Of a stretch of 45,337 bases of DNA, positions 37,397 to 45,337 are shown in pieces. The position numbers and the translations under genes were made by a program. The notes beneath the pieces were generated by a model. The model was not told the origin of the DNA, searched no databases, and was given only the letters and a program-made list of their open reading frames with translations. This stretch comes from Gemmatimonadota bacterium. Its GTDB lineage: Bacteria; Gemmatimonadota; Gemmatimonadetes; Longimicrobiales; RSA9. The DNA lies in the NCBI GenBank assembly GCA_040905425.1, contig JBBDRO010000105.1, positions 30,733-76,069 on the forward strand, in the 5' to 3' direction. How positions within the stretch are numbered: the first letter of the stretch is position 1; every line of letters begins with the position of its first letter.

Positions 37397-39720
37397 CAGA
37401 ACGTCACCTCCAGGCCCACCGTGGGCACCAGGGGGAACATGGAGATGCCGGAGCGCTGCGCGGGCACCCGGCCATATTCGTAGAAATAGAAGAGCGGATT
37501 CCGGCGGTTGTAGACGTTCAACACGTCCACGTGCGGCGTCAGGGTGCCCCAATCCCAGGCGAAGGTGCGTCGAGCACTGGCATCGAGGCGGTGATAGGCC
37601 GGATAACGCGCAGCGTTGCGCGGCGCCAGCACCACGCCCGGGGCGCTGTCCGTGCCATCCGCCGCCATGCCCTGCCGGCGGCCGTCGCCGATGCGGTACT
37701 CGTAGAGTCTGTAGCCCGCCAGCGGCCGCGTGTGGGGGAGACCACTGCCCAGGTTCCAACGCACGGACGTATCCCATCCCGCCAATCGGGTGCCGATCAG
37801 GAATTCCAGGTCCAGGCGCCGGTCAAAGACCGGCGCGTACGTGATCGGCGCTGCGGCTGGCCCGCCCATGGGATCGGGGAAGGTGCGCTCGGCGCGCAGC
37901 CAGGAAACCGCCATGCGCGTGCGCACACGACCGCCCTCCCGTGCCAGCGCCAGATCCACGCCCCGGGCGCGGCCGGTGCCCGCCAGTAGATCGTCCTCCT
38001 GGTCGTTCGGATCGTCGGCGAAGTTGTTGGTGATGACGCCCTCGAAGCTCCGCCAGTACGCCTCCACACTGGCGTGCCAGTCGGCAGCCAGGAAACCCTC
38101 GAGGCCGACCTGAAGCTGATCCGAGACCAGGATCGGCGCGCGCGGGCCCGCCAGCACCCAGATGTCGATCCCCACCGGGATCTCCTCGTCGCGCAGCGAG
38201 TGGAGGTGCTGCGTGTAGCGCCCCGCCGCCGCTTTCAGGGCCGCCTCACCGCCGGCCAGCAGCCGCTTCACCGCCACGCGCGGCGCCACGTGATGGCGGG
38301 CACGCTGGTCACCCGCGTACCAGCCGTCAAGGCGCACACCGGTCTCCAGGCGCCACGCGTCCGCCGGAATCCAGTCCGCCTGCAGGTACGCGCCGGCCAC
38401 CGTACCCTGGCCGCGATTGCGGCGGAAGTCGGTGCCACCGGAGCTGGCCACGTTGCGGTAGCCCAGCGCGCTGGCCTCCACGCCCGTCCGGATGGTCGTG
38501 CCGTGGCCCCGGGGCAGCACCAGGTCCGCGCGCAGCAGCGCCTGGCGGATGGCACTGGCGAAGTGCGTATCCGCGAAGTCCGGAAAGCGGATATCCGTGA
38601 CGAAGCGGGTGAAGCCGCCGCGGGCATCCAGCATGCGCCCCGCTCCGAGCGGTTGGCTCCAGCGCGCGCCGATCATGTCGTTGCCCCAGGTCCAGCGGAG
38701 CCGCAGCGGGAAGTCCACCCCGGTGAGGTCGAGCACGTCCCGTCCCGAGTAGCCGGTGAGGGACAACCGCCCGCCCCCGCCGGTCCAGGCCTCCGCATAC
38801 CCCTGCGCGTCCAGCAAATGGTAGGGAAAGTCGAAGACCGGACGGAAGATCTGGTCGAAATAGGAGCGGCGCAGGGACAGCCGCGCCCGCCCCGCGCGCA
38901 GGCCCACGCCCTCCACCGGCAGGTCGGCACCCACGGCCAACCGGCTGGCCAGGAGCGAGACGCCGCCGTGGCCGTCCACACCCGTCCCGGCGGCGTCACT
39001 CTCCACCTCCAGCACCGAGGATACCCGCCCCCCGTAGGAGGCCGGGAAGCCGCCGGCCAGCAACTCCGCGCGCGCCACCATGTCCGTGTTGAAGACGCTG
39101 AAGAAGCCGCCCAGGTGGAAGGGGTTGAAGATGGGGATGCCGTCCAGCAGGATGAGATTCTGATCGGCGGAGCCGCCCCGCACGTTGTAGGCCGAAGAGA
39201 AGTCGGAGGTGGTCACCACCCCGGGCAGCACCTGGATGGCGCGCAGCACGTCCGGCTCGCCGGCGCCCGGCACACGCTTCAGCTCCCTCCGTTCCAGGCT
39301 CAGGCGGGTCTCGCCCGCCCGCTCGTTCATGCGGGTGCGCGTCCGATCGATTGCGGCGCGCACCTCGTCCAGCGCCACCGGCCGCGGCGTCAGCACCAGC
39401 CGGAGCTCCTGCTCGCCGCCGGCTACGACGGAGGACTCCGCGGCCGCGTCGTCGAAGCCGATGCGCACGACCCGCACCGCCCAGCGGCCGGGGGCCAGGC
39501 CCGCGAAGCGGAAGCGTCCCAGGCGGTCGGTGGCCACCACCCGCACCGCCGCGCTGTCCGGCGGGCGGAAGAGGAGGACCGCCGCATCGGCCACCGGCCG
39601 GCCGGTCTCGTCCACCACCACCCCCGCCACCGCCCCCGCCTGCGCCGCGGCCGCCGCGGGCAGGAGTAGCGCCAGCAGCGCCCCCGCGAAAAGCGCGCGG
39701 CCCCGCCCGCGAAACCGCAC
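37396..39720 (-). CDS. TonB-dependent receptor with an N-terminal carboxypeptidase-regulatory-like domain
   Basis: GVVVDETGRPV; plug GEPDVLRAIQVLPGV...VRGGSADQNLILLDG...HLGG; YGGRVSSVL; NVYNRRN; terminal Phe. Start estimated at GTG 39720. Confidence 0.9.
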   Translation of the reverse strand: MRFRGRGRALFAGALLALLLPAAAAAQAGAVAGVVVDETGRPVADAAVLLFRPPDSAAVRVVATDRLGRFRFAGLAPGRWAVRVVRIGFDDAAAESSVVAGGEQELRLVLTPRPVALDEVRAAIDRTRTRMNERAGETRLSLERRELKRVPGAGEPDVLRAIQVLPGVVTTSDFSSAYNVRGGSADQNLILLDGIPIFNPFHLGGFFSVFNTDMVARAELLAGGFPASYGGRVSSVLEVESDAAGTGVDGHGGVSLLASRLAVGADLPVEGVGLRAGRARLSLRRSYFDQIFRPVFDFPYHLLDAQGYAEAWTGGGGRLSLTGYSGRDVLDLTGVDFPLRLRWTWGNDMIGARWSQPLGAGRMLDARGGFTRFVTDIRFPDFADTHFASAIRQALLRADLVLPRGHGTTIRTGVEASALGYRNVASSGGTDFRRNRGQGTVAGAYLQADWIPADAWRLETGVRLDGWYAGDQRARHHVAPRVAVKRLLAGGEAALKAAAGRYTQHLHSLRDEEIPVGIDIWVLAGPRAPILVSDQLQVGLEGFLAADWHASVEAYWRSFEGVITNNFADDPNDQEDDLLAGTGRARGVDLALAREGGRVRTRMAVSWLRAERTFPDPMGGPAAAPITYAPVFDRRLDLEFLIGTRLAGWDTSVRWNLGSGLPHTRPLAGYRLYEYRIGDGRRQGMAADGTDSAPGVVLAPRNAARYPAYHRLDASARRTFAWDWGTLTPHVDVLNVYNRRNPLFYFYEYGRVPAQRSGISMFPLVPTVGLEVTF

Positions 39721-39757
39721 GGCGCGCCTACGCGTAGAGTGGCACAAGGAGGTACAC

Positions 39758-40027
39758 ATGCTCGGAATCATAACCGTGATCGCCGCCGGCGCGGGTGGCT
39801 ACGCCGCCACGCGCAAATTCGTCACCAACCGTCTGCGCTACGTGGATGACATCAAGCATCCCGCCGCGCCGCTCGTGGCGGCCGGCGTGGCCACCGCGGC
39901 AGCCCTGCCGTTGGCCATCCTGCCCATCATCACCGTGGGTACGGTCATGGTGTTCGGCGGTGCCGTGGGGATAGGGACCTTCGCCGGCGTGCAGACGCTG
40001 CGCAAGGAAGACGCCGGCTGGAGCTGA
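39758..40027 (+). CDS. Small hypothetical membrane protein
   Basis: AAGGAGG RBS; 89 aa with hydrophobic segments flanking RKFVTNRLRYVD. Confidence 0.75.
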   Translation: MLGIITVIAAGAGGYAATRKFVTNRLRYVDDIKHPAAPLVAAGVATAAALPLAILPIITVGTVMVFGGAVGIGTFAGVQTLRKEDAGWS

Positions 40028-40104
40028 CGGGCCGCCGGTCGGCCAGGATGGAGTAGAATGGACCAGGACGGGGTGCCGCCGAGGGGGCGCCCCGTTCTGC
40101 GCAA

Positions 40105-40176
40105 TGGGCCGGGTGGGGATCGAACCCACGACCAAAGGATTAAAAGTCCCCTGCTCTACCGCTGAGCTACCGGCCC
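40105..40176 (-). tRNA. tRNA-Lys (anticodon UUU), CCA not encoded
   Basis: GGGCCGG acceptor stem, GCTC/GAGC D arm, GGGGA-CTTTTAA-TCCTT anticodon arm, GTGGG-TTCGATC-CCCAC T arm. Confidence 0.95.
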
Positions 40177-40295
40177 ACGGAAAACTAGCCGTGAGCGGGC
40201 GATTTCGCACCCACCTGTCCCCGCGCCACGGCGCCGCGCGCTCGCGCGGCATCGTGGGATGGGAGAGAGCCGTGAGGAGAACGGGCGTCGTCGCT

Positions 40296-40727
40296 TCATT
40301 CGGAGAGACCTGGCCGACCCCTGAGTGCCAGGTTATAGCCCAGCAGCGCACCCACCACGGCGGCCACCATCTGCAGGAAGAGCAGCGCGGCGGCCAGCAC
40401 GGGTCCCAGCGCCTCCCAGGCCGCATCGGGCATGAAGGTCACCGCCAGGATGTTCAGCATGAGCCACATCACGAGGGTGGTGATGCCGAGCGCCACGCCG
40501 TGCAGGACGGGCGCCTCCACGCCCCGGAAACCCACGAAGAAGCCGCCCCCGCCGAAGCCGGCCGCCACGGCGATGAGGGTCCACACCGCCTCCGCCACGG
40601 GGCGATCGCCCTCCAGCAGCCGCGCCGCCAGGAAGACCATGAGGATGAGGGAGGTGACGGCCACCGCCACCAGCCACCCGGCGGCCACGCGGCCGGGACG
40701 CACGTTCTGCAGGTGCTCTGTATGCAT
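40296..40727 (-). CDS. Hypothetical membrane protein (about four TM helices)
   Basis: 143 aa, strongly hydrophobic; co-oriented downstream of rnhB. Confidence 0.75.
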   Translation of the reverse strand: MHTEHLQNVRPGRVAAGWLVAVAVTSLILMVFLAARLLEGDRPVAEAVWTLIAVAAGFGGGGFFVGFRGVEAPVLHGVALGITTLVMWLMLNILAVTFMPDAAWEALGPVLAAALLFLQMVAAVVGALLGYNLALRGRPGLSE

Positions 40728-40804
40728 GCCGTAGACTCGGGTGATCGGGACGCGGACGCCAGCCCCACGTGGAAGAGCCGTGCCGTCGGCGGTGAGGCGC
40801 GCGC

Positions 40805-41500
40805 TCAGCCGGGCAGTTCCATGACCAGTTGCTGATTCGGCTCGAAGGAGCGGCGGTGGTGCGGCGTGAGCCCGAGACTAACGATGGCGGCGCGGTGCTC
40901 CTCGGTCCCATAGCCGTTGTTCGTCTCCCAGCCGTAGCCCGGGTAGCGCACGGCCAGGCGTTGCATGAGCCGATCGCGCACGACTTTGGCCACCACGCTC
41001 GCGCACGCAATGCAGTGCACCAGGCCGTCACCACCCACCACGGCCGTGTGCTCCGTCGCCAGCTCCGGCACGGCGTTGCCGTCCACGAAGATGTGCTGCG
41101 GGCGCTGGGACAGGCGCTCGAGGGCGCGGCGCATGGCCAGGTTGGAGGCCCGCAGGATGTTCAGGCGGTCCACCTCGGCGCGGCTGGCCGCCGCCACCGA
41201 GAGACACAGCGCGCGGGCGCGGATCTCCTCGAAGAGCTCCACGCGCACTTCAGGGGTGAGACGCTTGGAATCGTCCACACCCCTGATGGCCTCCCCGGCG
41301 GGGAGGATGACGGCGGCGGCCACCACGGGCCCCGCCAGCGGACCGCGGCCCACCTCGTCCACCCCGGCCACCCGCTCCAGCCCGCGCTCCCAGAGCGCCT
41401 GCTCACGCTCGAGCAGCCGTCCGAGACGCCGCAGTTCGGCGCGCCGGCGCCCGCTGGCCGTCTTCGGGCGCCCGCGCCGCCGGCCGCCAGCCGCCGCCAT
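40805..41500 (-). CDS. rnhB: Ribonuclease HII
   Basis: [32 protein letters not shown] and HHRRSF motifs. Confidence 0.95.
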   Translation of the reverse strand: MAAAGGRRRGRPKTASGRRRAELRRLGRLLEREQALWERGLERVAGVDEVGRGPLAGPVVAAAVILPAGEAIRGVDDSKRLTPEVRVELFEEIRARALCLSVAAASRAEVDRLNILRASNLAMRRALERLSQRPQHIFVDGNAVPELATEHTAVVGGDGLVHCIACASVVAKVVRDRLMQRLAVRYPGYGWETNNGYGTEEHRAAIVSLGLTPHHRRSFEPNQQLVMELPG

Positions 41501-41550
41501 CGGGCGGCTAGCGCGCGCGGAGATGGCGGAGGCGCGGCACGGCCAGCCGA

Positions 41551-41898
41551 CTACTGCCGGCCGCGCTCGCGAATGCGCGCGGCCTTGCCGCGCAGCGCCC
41601 GCAGGTAGTAGAGCTTGGCACGCCGCACGTGCCCGCGCCGCACCACCGTGATGGACTCCACGCTCGGCGAATGGAGGGGGAAGACCCGCTCCACGCCGAT
41701 GCCGCTGGACACCTTGCGCACGGTGAACGTCTCGCTGATGCCGCCGTTCTTGCGCGCGATGCAGACGCCCTCGAACGCCTGGAGGCGCTCCTTGTCTCCC
41801 TCGCGTACACGCACGTTCACGCGCAGCGTATCCCCCGGCGCGAAGTCCGGGACGTCGGAGCGGAGCTGCTCCCTGGAAATTTCCTGCAGGATGTCCAT
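41551..41898 (-). CDS. rplS: 50S ribosomal protein L19
   Basis: GDTLRV...[26 protein letters not shown] and [19 protein letters not shown]. Confidence 0.97.
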   Translation of the reverse strand: MDILQEISREQLRSDVPDFAPGDTLRVNVRVREGDKERLQAFEGVCIARKNGGISETFTVRKVSSGIGVERVFPLHSPSVESITVVRRGHVRRAKLYYLRALRGKAARIRERGRQ

Positions 41899-41948
41899 GG
41901 TTCTCCTCCTATCGGCGGCGGCACCGCCGCGTATGAAGGGTCCGGGCC

Positions 41949-42644
41949 TCAGCCCTCGCCCTGACTGGCTTCCTCGTGTGTCTGCCACAGATCCGGCCGG
42001 CGCTCGCGGGTGAGGCGCTCCGCCTCCGCCCGTCGCCATGCCTCGATGCGCGCGTGGTCACCCGAGAGCAATACCTCGGGGACGGCGTGCCCGCGCACGT
42101 CGGCGGGCCGCGTGTAACTCGGCGGGCTGAGCAACTCCGCATCATAGAACGAGTCGCTGGAGGCGGCTTCGTGCCGCCCCATGGCGCCCGGCAGCAGGCG
42201 CGTCACCGCGTCCGCCACCGCGAGCGCCCCGGGCTCGCCCCCGCTCAGGATGAAGTCCCCCAGGGAGACCTCCTCCGTGGCCAGATGCTCGGCCACGCGC
42301 TGATCCACGTCCTTGTAGTGTCCGCACAGGAGCGTGAGCTCCGGCTGCACCGCGAAGCGCACGGCGTCAGCGTGGCGGAACGGCCGCCCCCGTGCCGACA
42401 GGAGCACCACCGGTCCGGCCGGATCCAGGTGCTCCACCGCCTCGAAGAACGGCTCCGCCTTCATCACCATCCCGGCGCCTCCCCCGAAGGGGTAGTCGTC
42501 CACGGTCCGGTGCCGATCGTGCGCGAAGTCCCTGAGGTCCACCACCCGGAACTCCACCAGCCCCGCCTCCGCGGCCTTGCCGGGAATCGACAGCCCCAGC
42601 GGCGCGAAGTAGTCCGGGAAGATGGTGACGATGTTGATGCGCAT
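41949..42644 (-). CDS. trmD: tRNA (guanine-N1)-methyltransferase
   Basis: [34 protein letters not shown] and VLLSGDH motifs. Confidence 0.96.
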   Translation of the reverse strand: MRINIVTIFPDYFAPLGLSIPGKAAEAGLVEFRVVDLRDFAHDRHRTVDDYPFGGGAGMVMKAEPFFEAVEHLDPAGPVVLLSARGRPFRHADAVRFAVQPELTLLCGHYKDVDQRVAEHLATEEVSLGDFILSGGEPGALAVADAVTRLLPGAMGRHEAASSDSFYDAELLSPPSYTRPADVRGHAVPEVLLSGDHARIEAWRRAEAERLTRERRPDLWQTHEEASQGEG

Positions 42645-42661
42645 CGCCCCTCCCTCCCGGC

Positions 42662-43219
42662 TCACAGCTCCAGCAGCCCGGCCGGCGGCTCGATGACCAG
42701 CCGGCCCTCGGCCAGCGCGATGTCCCGCACGATACGCTCCGTGAAGGGCACCAGGTGCCGCTTGCCGTCGGCCGCCTCCACCTCCAGCAGATGGGCCGGA
42801 TCCGTCTCGTACACCTCCCGCACCCGGCCCACGGCAACGCCCTCGGCGGTTTCCACCTCCAGCCCCAGCAGCTGGTGGTAGAACACCTCACCCTCCTCGA
42901 GGGGGCGCAGCTCGGCGGCCGGCAGGGCCAGGTAGCGCTTCACCAGCACGGCGATCGCCTCCCGGTCCTCGTAGTCCACCAGCTTCACAAGCAGCCCCTT
43001 CTTGAAGGGGCGCGAGCGCTCCACCCGCACCTCGGCCACCTCGGCGGGCAGCACCCCCTCCGTATCGGTCAGGAGGAGGACGCGGCCCTCGGTGAAGTAG
43101 GCCTCCGGTGCGTCGGTGAGCGGCATGACCAGCACCTCACCCTTGTTGCCGTGCGGCTTGGTCACGTGGCCGACCAGCAGGTGCTCCGGCTCGGGCCGGG
43201 CGTCCTCCCGCTCGGCCAC
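42662..43219 (-). CDS. rimM: Ribosome maturation factor RimM
   Basis: VGHVTKPHGNKGEV, FYHQLLGLEV and LVPF motifs; canonical operon position. Confidence 0.92.
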   Translation of the reverse strand: MAEREDARPEPEHLLVGHVTKPHGNKGEVLVMPLTDAPEAYFTEGRVLLLTDTEGVLPAEVAEVRVERSRPFKKGLLVKLVDYEDREAIAVLVKRYLALPAAELRPLEEGEVFYHQLLGLEVETAEGVAVGRVREVYETDPAHLLEVEAADGKRHLVPFTERIVRDIALAEGRLVIEPPAGLLEL

Positions 43220-43223
43220 GGCC

Positions 43224-43829
43224 TCAGGCTTCCCGGGTCTCGCCGCCCTCGTCACCCTCGGACTGCCCGGCGGCCTGGGCCGCCTCGTCCACGGGCGCCA
43301 CCTCACCGGCGGCCTCCGGAGCGTTCTCGACCTTGGCCGCGGGCTCTTCCGTGGCCATGGCCGCGGGCGCCTCCGGGGCCTCCGCGGCGGGCGCCTCGGT
43401 AGCCTCGGCGGCGGGCTCTTCCGTGGCCTGCGCGGCGGGCTTCTCGGCAGCCTTGGCCGCCGGCTCCGCCGCGGCCGGCTCGTCGGCCGCGGCCCCCTCC
43501 GTCGCGGCCTCGGTTCCGCCGGGGCTGGTCCGCGAGCGGATCGAGCCCGTGGCCTCGTCGGGCTGCTTGAGCGCCACCTTGGCGTCCCCGCCACGGCGCG
43601 CCTTGCGCACCAGGGAGGCCACCGTCTCGCTCAGGCCCGCGCCCTCCGAAACCCACTGGTCCACCTTGCCGAGATCCATGCGGAGCTCGGCCGGCTTGGT
43701 CAGCGGGTTGTAGAAGCCCACGATGTCGAGGTACTGGCCGTCACGCGGCGCCGCGGTGTCCGTCACCACGACCCGGTAGTACGGCTGCTTTTTCCGGCCC
43801 ACGCGCCGGAGGCGAATCTTCACTGACAT
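43224..43829 (-). CDS. rpsP: 30S ribosomal protein S16 with a long acidic Ala/Glu/Pro-rich C-terminal tail
   Basis: MSVKIRLRRVGRKKQPYYRVVV.D...PRDG...VGFYNP. Confidence 0.95.
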   Translation of the reverse strand: MSVKIRLRRVGRKKQPYYRVVVTDTAAPRDGQYLDIVGFYNPLTKPAELRMDLGKVDQWVSEGAGLSETVASLVRKARRGGDAKVALKQPDEATGSIRSRTSPGGTEAATEGAAADEPAAAEPAAKAAEKPAAQATEEPAAEATEAPAAEAPEAPAAMATEEPAAKVENAPEAAGEVAPVDEAAQAAGQSEGDEGGETREA

Positions 43830-43848
43830 GTCCGCTGGGGTAAGGGGT

Positions 43849-45195
43849 TCAAAACATTCCGGGAAGTCCTGGCCGGCCACCGCCGAGCAGCTTCCCCATG
43901 CCCATGCCCTGCATGCGCTTCATGAGCTTCTGCATCTCCTTGAACTGCTTCAGCAGCCGGTTGATCTCCGCCACCGGCCGGCCGCAGCCCCGGGAAATGC
44001 GCGCGCGCCGGGAGCCGTTCAAAATCTCCGGCTTCCTGCGTTCCTGCGGCGTCATCGACAGGATGATCGCCTCCACGTGCTTGATGCGCTTCGGGTCCAC
44101 GTTGGCCTGCTTCAGCATCTTGCTGTCGACCCCGGGCACCATCTTCAGGAGCCCTTCCAGCGGCCCCATCTTCTGCATCTGCGTCATCACCGCCAGGAAG
44201 TCCTCCAGATCGAACTTGCCTTCCTTGCGGACCTTCTTCTCGAGGCGCTGGGCCTCATCCTGGTCGAAGGCCTCCTGGGCCTTTTCCACCAGCCCGACCA
44301 CGTCCCCCTGCTGGAGGATGCGGCCCGCCATGCGATGCGGATCGAACACCTCCAGGGCGTCCGCCCGCTCCCCCACACCCACGAACTTGATGGGCACGCC
44401 CGTGACGCCGCGGATGGAGAGCGCCGCGCCGCCGCGCGCGTCACCGTCCATCTTGGTCAGCACCACACCCGTGAGGTCGAGGGCCTCGTGGAACCCCTCG
44501 GCCACGCGCACCGCTTCCTGCCCGATCATGGCGTCGGCCACGAACAGGACCTCGGTGGGGCGGGTCACCTCCCGCACACGCCGCAGCTCGTCCATGAGCG
44601 CGTCGTCGATCTGCAGGCGCCCCGCCGTATCCACGATGAGCACCCGGTGCCGATCCGCCTCGGCCCGCTCCAGCGCCCGGCGCGCGAGCGCCGCCACGTC
44701 CTGCTCGTCACGGTCCGCGAAGACCGGTACGTTCAGCTCGCGCCCCAGCGTCTCGAGCTGGTCGATGGCCGCCGGCCGATAGACGTCCAGCGCCGCCAGC
44801 AGCGGCTGCCTGCCCTCGCGGGAAAGGCGCCGCGCCAGCTTGGCGGCGGTGGTCGTCTTACCCGACCCCTGCAACCCCACCAGCAGGACCACCGTGGGTC
44901 CCGTGGGCGCCACCCGGATCCCCTCGGGCCGTTCCCCGAGCAGCGTGATCAGCTCGTCATGGACGATCTTGACGATCTGCTGGCCAGGCTGCACCGCGCG
45001 CAGCACCTTCTCATCCAGCGCCCGCACTTCCACGCGCGCCAGGAACTCCTTGGCCAGGCGGAAGTTGACGTCCGCCTCGAGGAGGACGCGCCGGACCTCC
45101 CGGAGGCCCTCCTTCACCTGTGCTTCGGTGAGCAGGCCCCGCTGGCGGAAGCGGCCGAGCACGCCGTCCAGTTTCTCTGAAAGCTCTTCGAACAT
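43849..45195 (-). CDS. ffh: Signal recognition particle protein Ffh
   Basis: LLEADVN, GLQGSGKTT, DTAGRL, TKMDGDARGG and M-domain SMT..ER..P...SRR.RI motifs. Confidence 0.97.
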   Translation of the reverse strand: MFEELSEKLDGVLGRFRQRGLLTEAQVKEGLREVRRVLLEADVNFRLAKEFLARVEVRALDEKVLRAVQPGQQIVKIVHDELITLLGERPEGIRVAPTGPTVVLLVGLQGSGKTTTAAKLARRLSREGRQPLLAALDVYRPAAIDQLETLGRELNVPVFADRDEQDVAALARRALERAEADRHRVLIVDTAGRLQIDDALMDELRRVREVTRPTEVLFVADAMIGQEAVRVAEGFHEALDLTGVVLTKMDGDARGGAALSIRGVTGVPIKFVGVGERADALEVFDPHRMAGRILQQGDVVGLVEKAQEAFDQDEAQRLEKKVRKEGKFDLEDFLAVMTQMQKMGPLEGLLKMVPGVDSKMLKQANVDPKRIKHVEAIILSMTPQERRKPEILNGSRRARISRGCGRPVAEINRLLKQFKEMQKLMKRMQGMGMGKLLGGGRPGLPGMF

Positions 45196-45235
45196 GCCGT
45201 GCTTCCGGTATCCGCCGTACGGTTGCGAGCCCACT

Positions 45236-45264
45236 AATCTACGGCATCGGGGCCGGTGGCTCAA
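45236..45264 (-). promoter_or_regulatory. Putative sigma70 promoter of the ffh operon
   Basis: Minus strand TTGAGC-17 bp-TAGATT, about 40 bp upstream of the ffh ATG. Confidence 0.6.
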
Positions 45265-45282
45265 GGGCGGGACATTGGCGGG

Positions 45283-45337
45283 TGTAACGTTGAGGCAGAA
45301 ATGTCCGGGGTCAGCTAAAGCAGAAATGTCCTCCTTC
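45283..45337. mobile_element. Terminal repeat of an insertion sequence (IS1202/ISNCY-like), truncated by the window end
   Basis: Starts 5'-TGT; GCAGAAATGTCC repeated at 45295-45306 and 45320-45331; abrupt AT enrichment. No transposase visible. Confidence 0.7.

Noticed and set aside
40105..40176. tRNA-Lys as an island integration site; missing CCA
   Set aside because: I saw no duplicated tRNA 3' end or integrase. Non-encoded CCA is common.
42300..42330. TrmD motif [10 protein letters not shown] instead of CGRYEGIDER
   Set aside because: HYK-type variants occur in other lineages and all other motifs are intact.

Overview
A very GC-rich bacterial chromosomal segment. The gene content suggests Gemmatimonadota, but that is inference. 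It is mostly housekeeping. Left to right: a truncated HExxH/PD40 surface protein; a peptidoglycan-recycling cluster (murQ-anmK-nagZ, a GT-C glycosyltransferase and an amidase) divergent from an M20 amidohydrolase and ggt; an ABC exporter, a response regulator and a phosphodiesterase-like gene; agmatinase; a gspG-like/coaE/PHP/nrnA/fur run; a fused 2-oxoacid dehydrogenase E1; a Tat-signal class-V PLP enzyme; a second DHH protein; TonB receptor-MscS-lipoprotein; tRNA-Lys(UUU); and ffh-rpsP-rimM-trmD-rplS-rnhB. The window ends in an IS terminal repeat. The best candidate for something new is a ~2.2 kb integrase-less islet (27402-29611) bounded by a 28-bp direct repeat of the E1 3' end. It carries a TTGACA-17bp-CATGTT promoter with a C10 tract in the spacer, a secreted beta-propeller and a secreted Cys-rich modular protein, and a second beta-propeller lies just outside it. 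A ~30-bp-periodic array of alternating inverted TGCACA motifs and a D-aminoacylase gene remnant lie at ~1.9-2.25 kb. All family calls come from motif recognition by eye; no searches were run.
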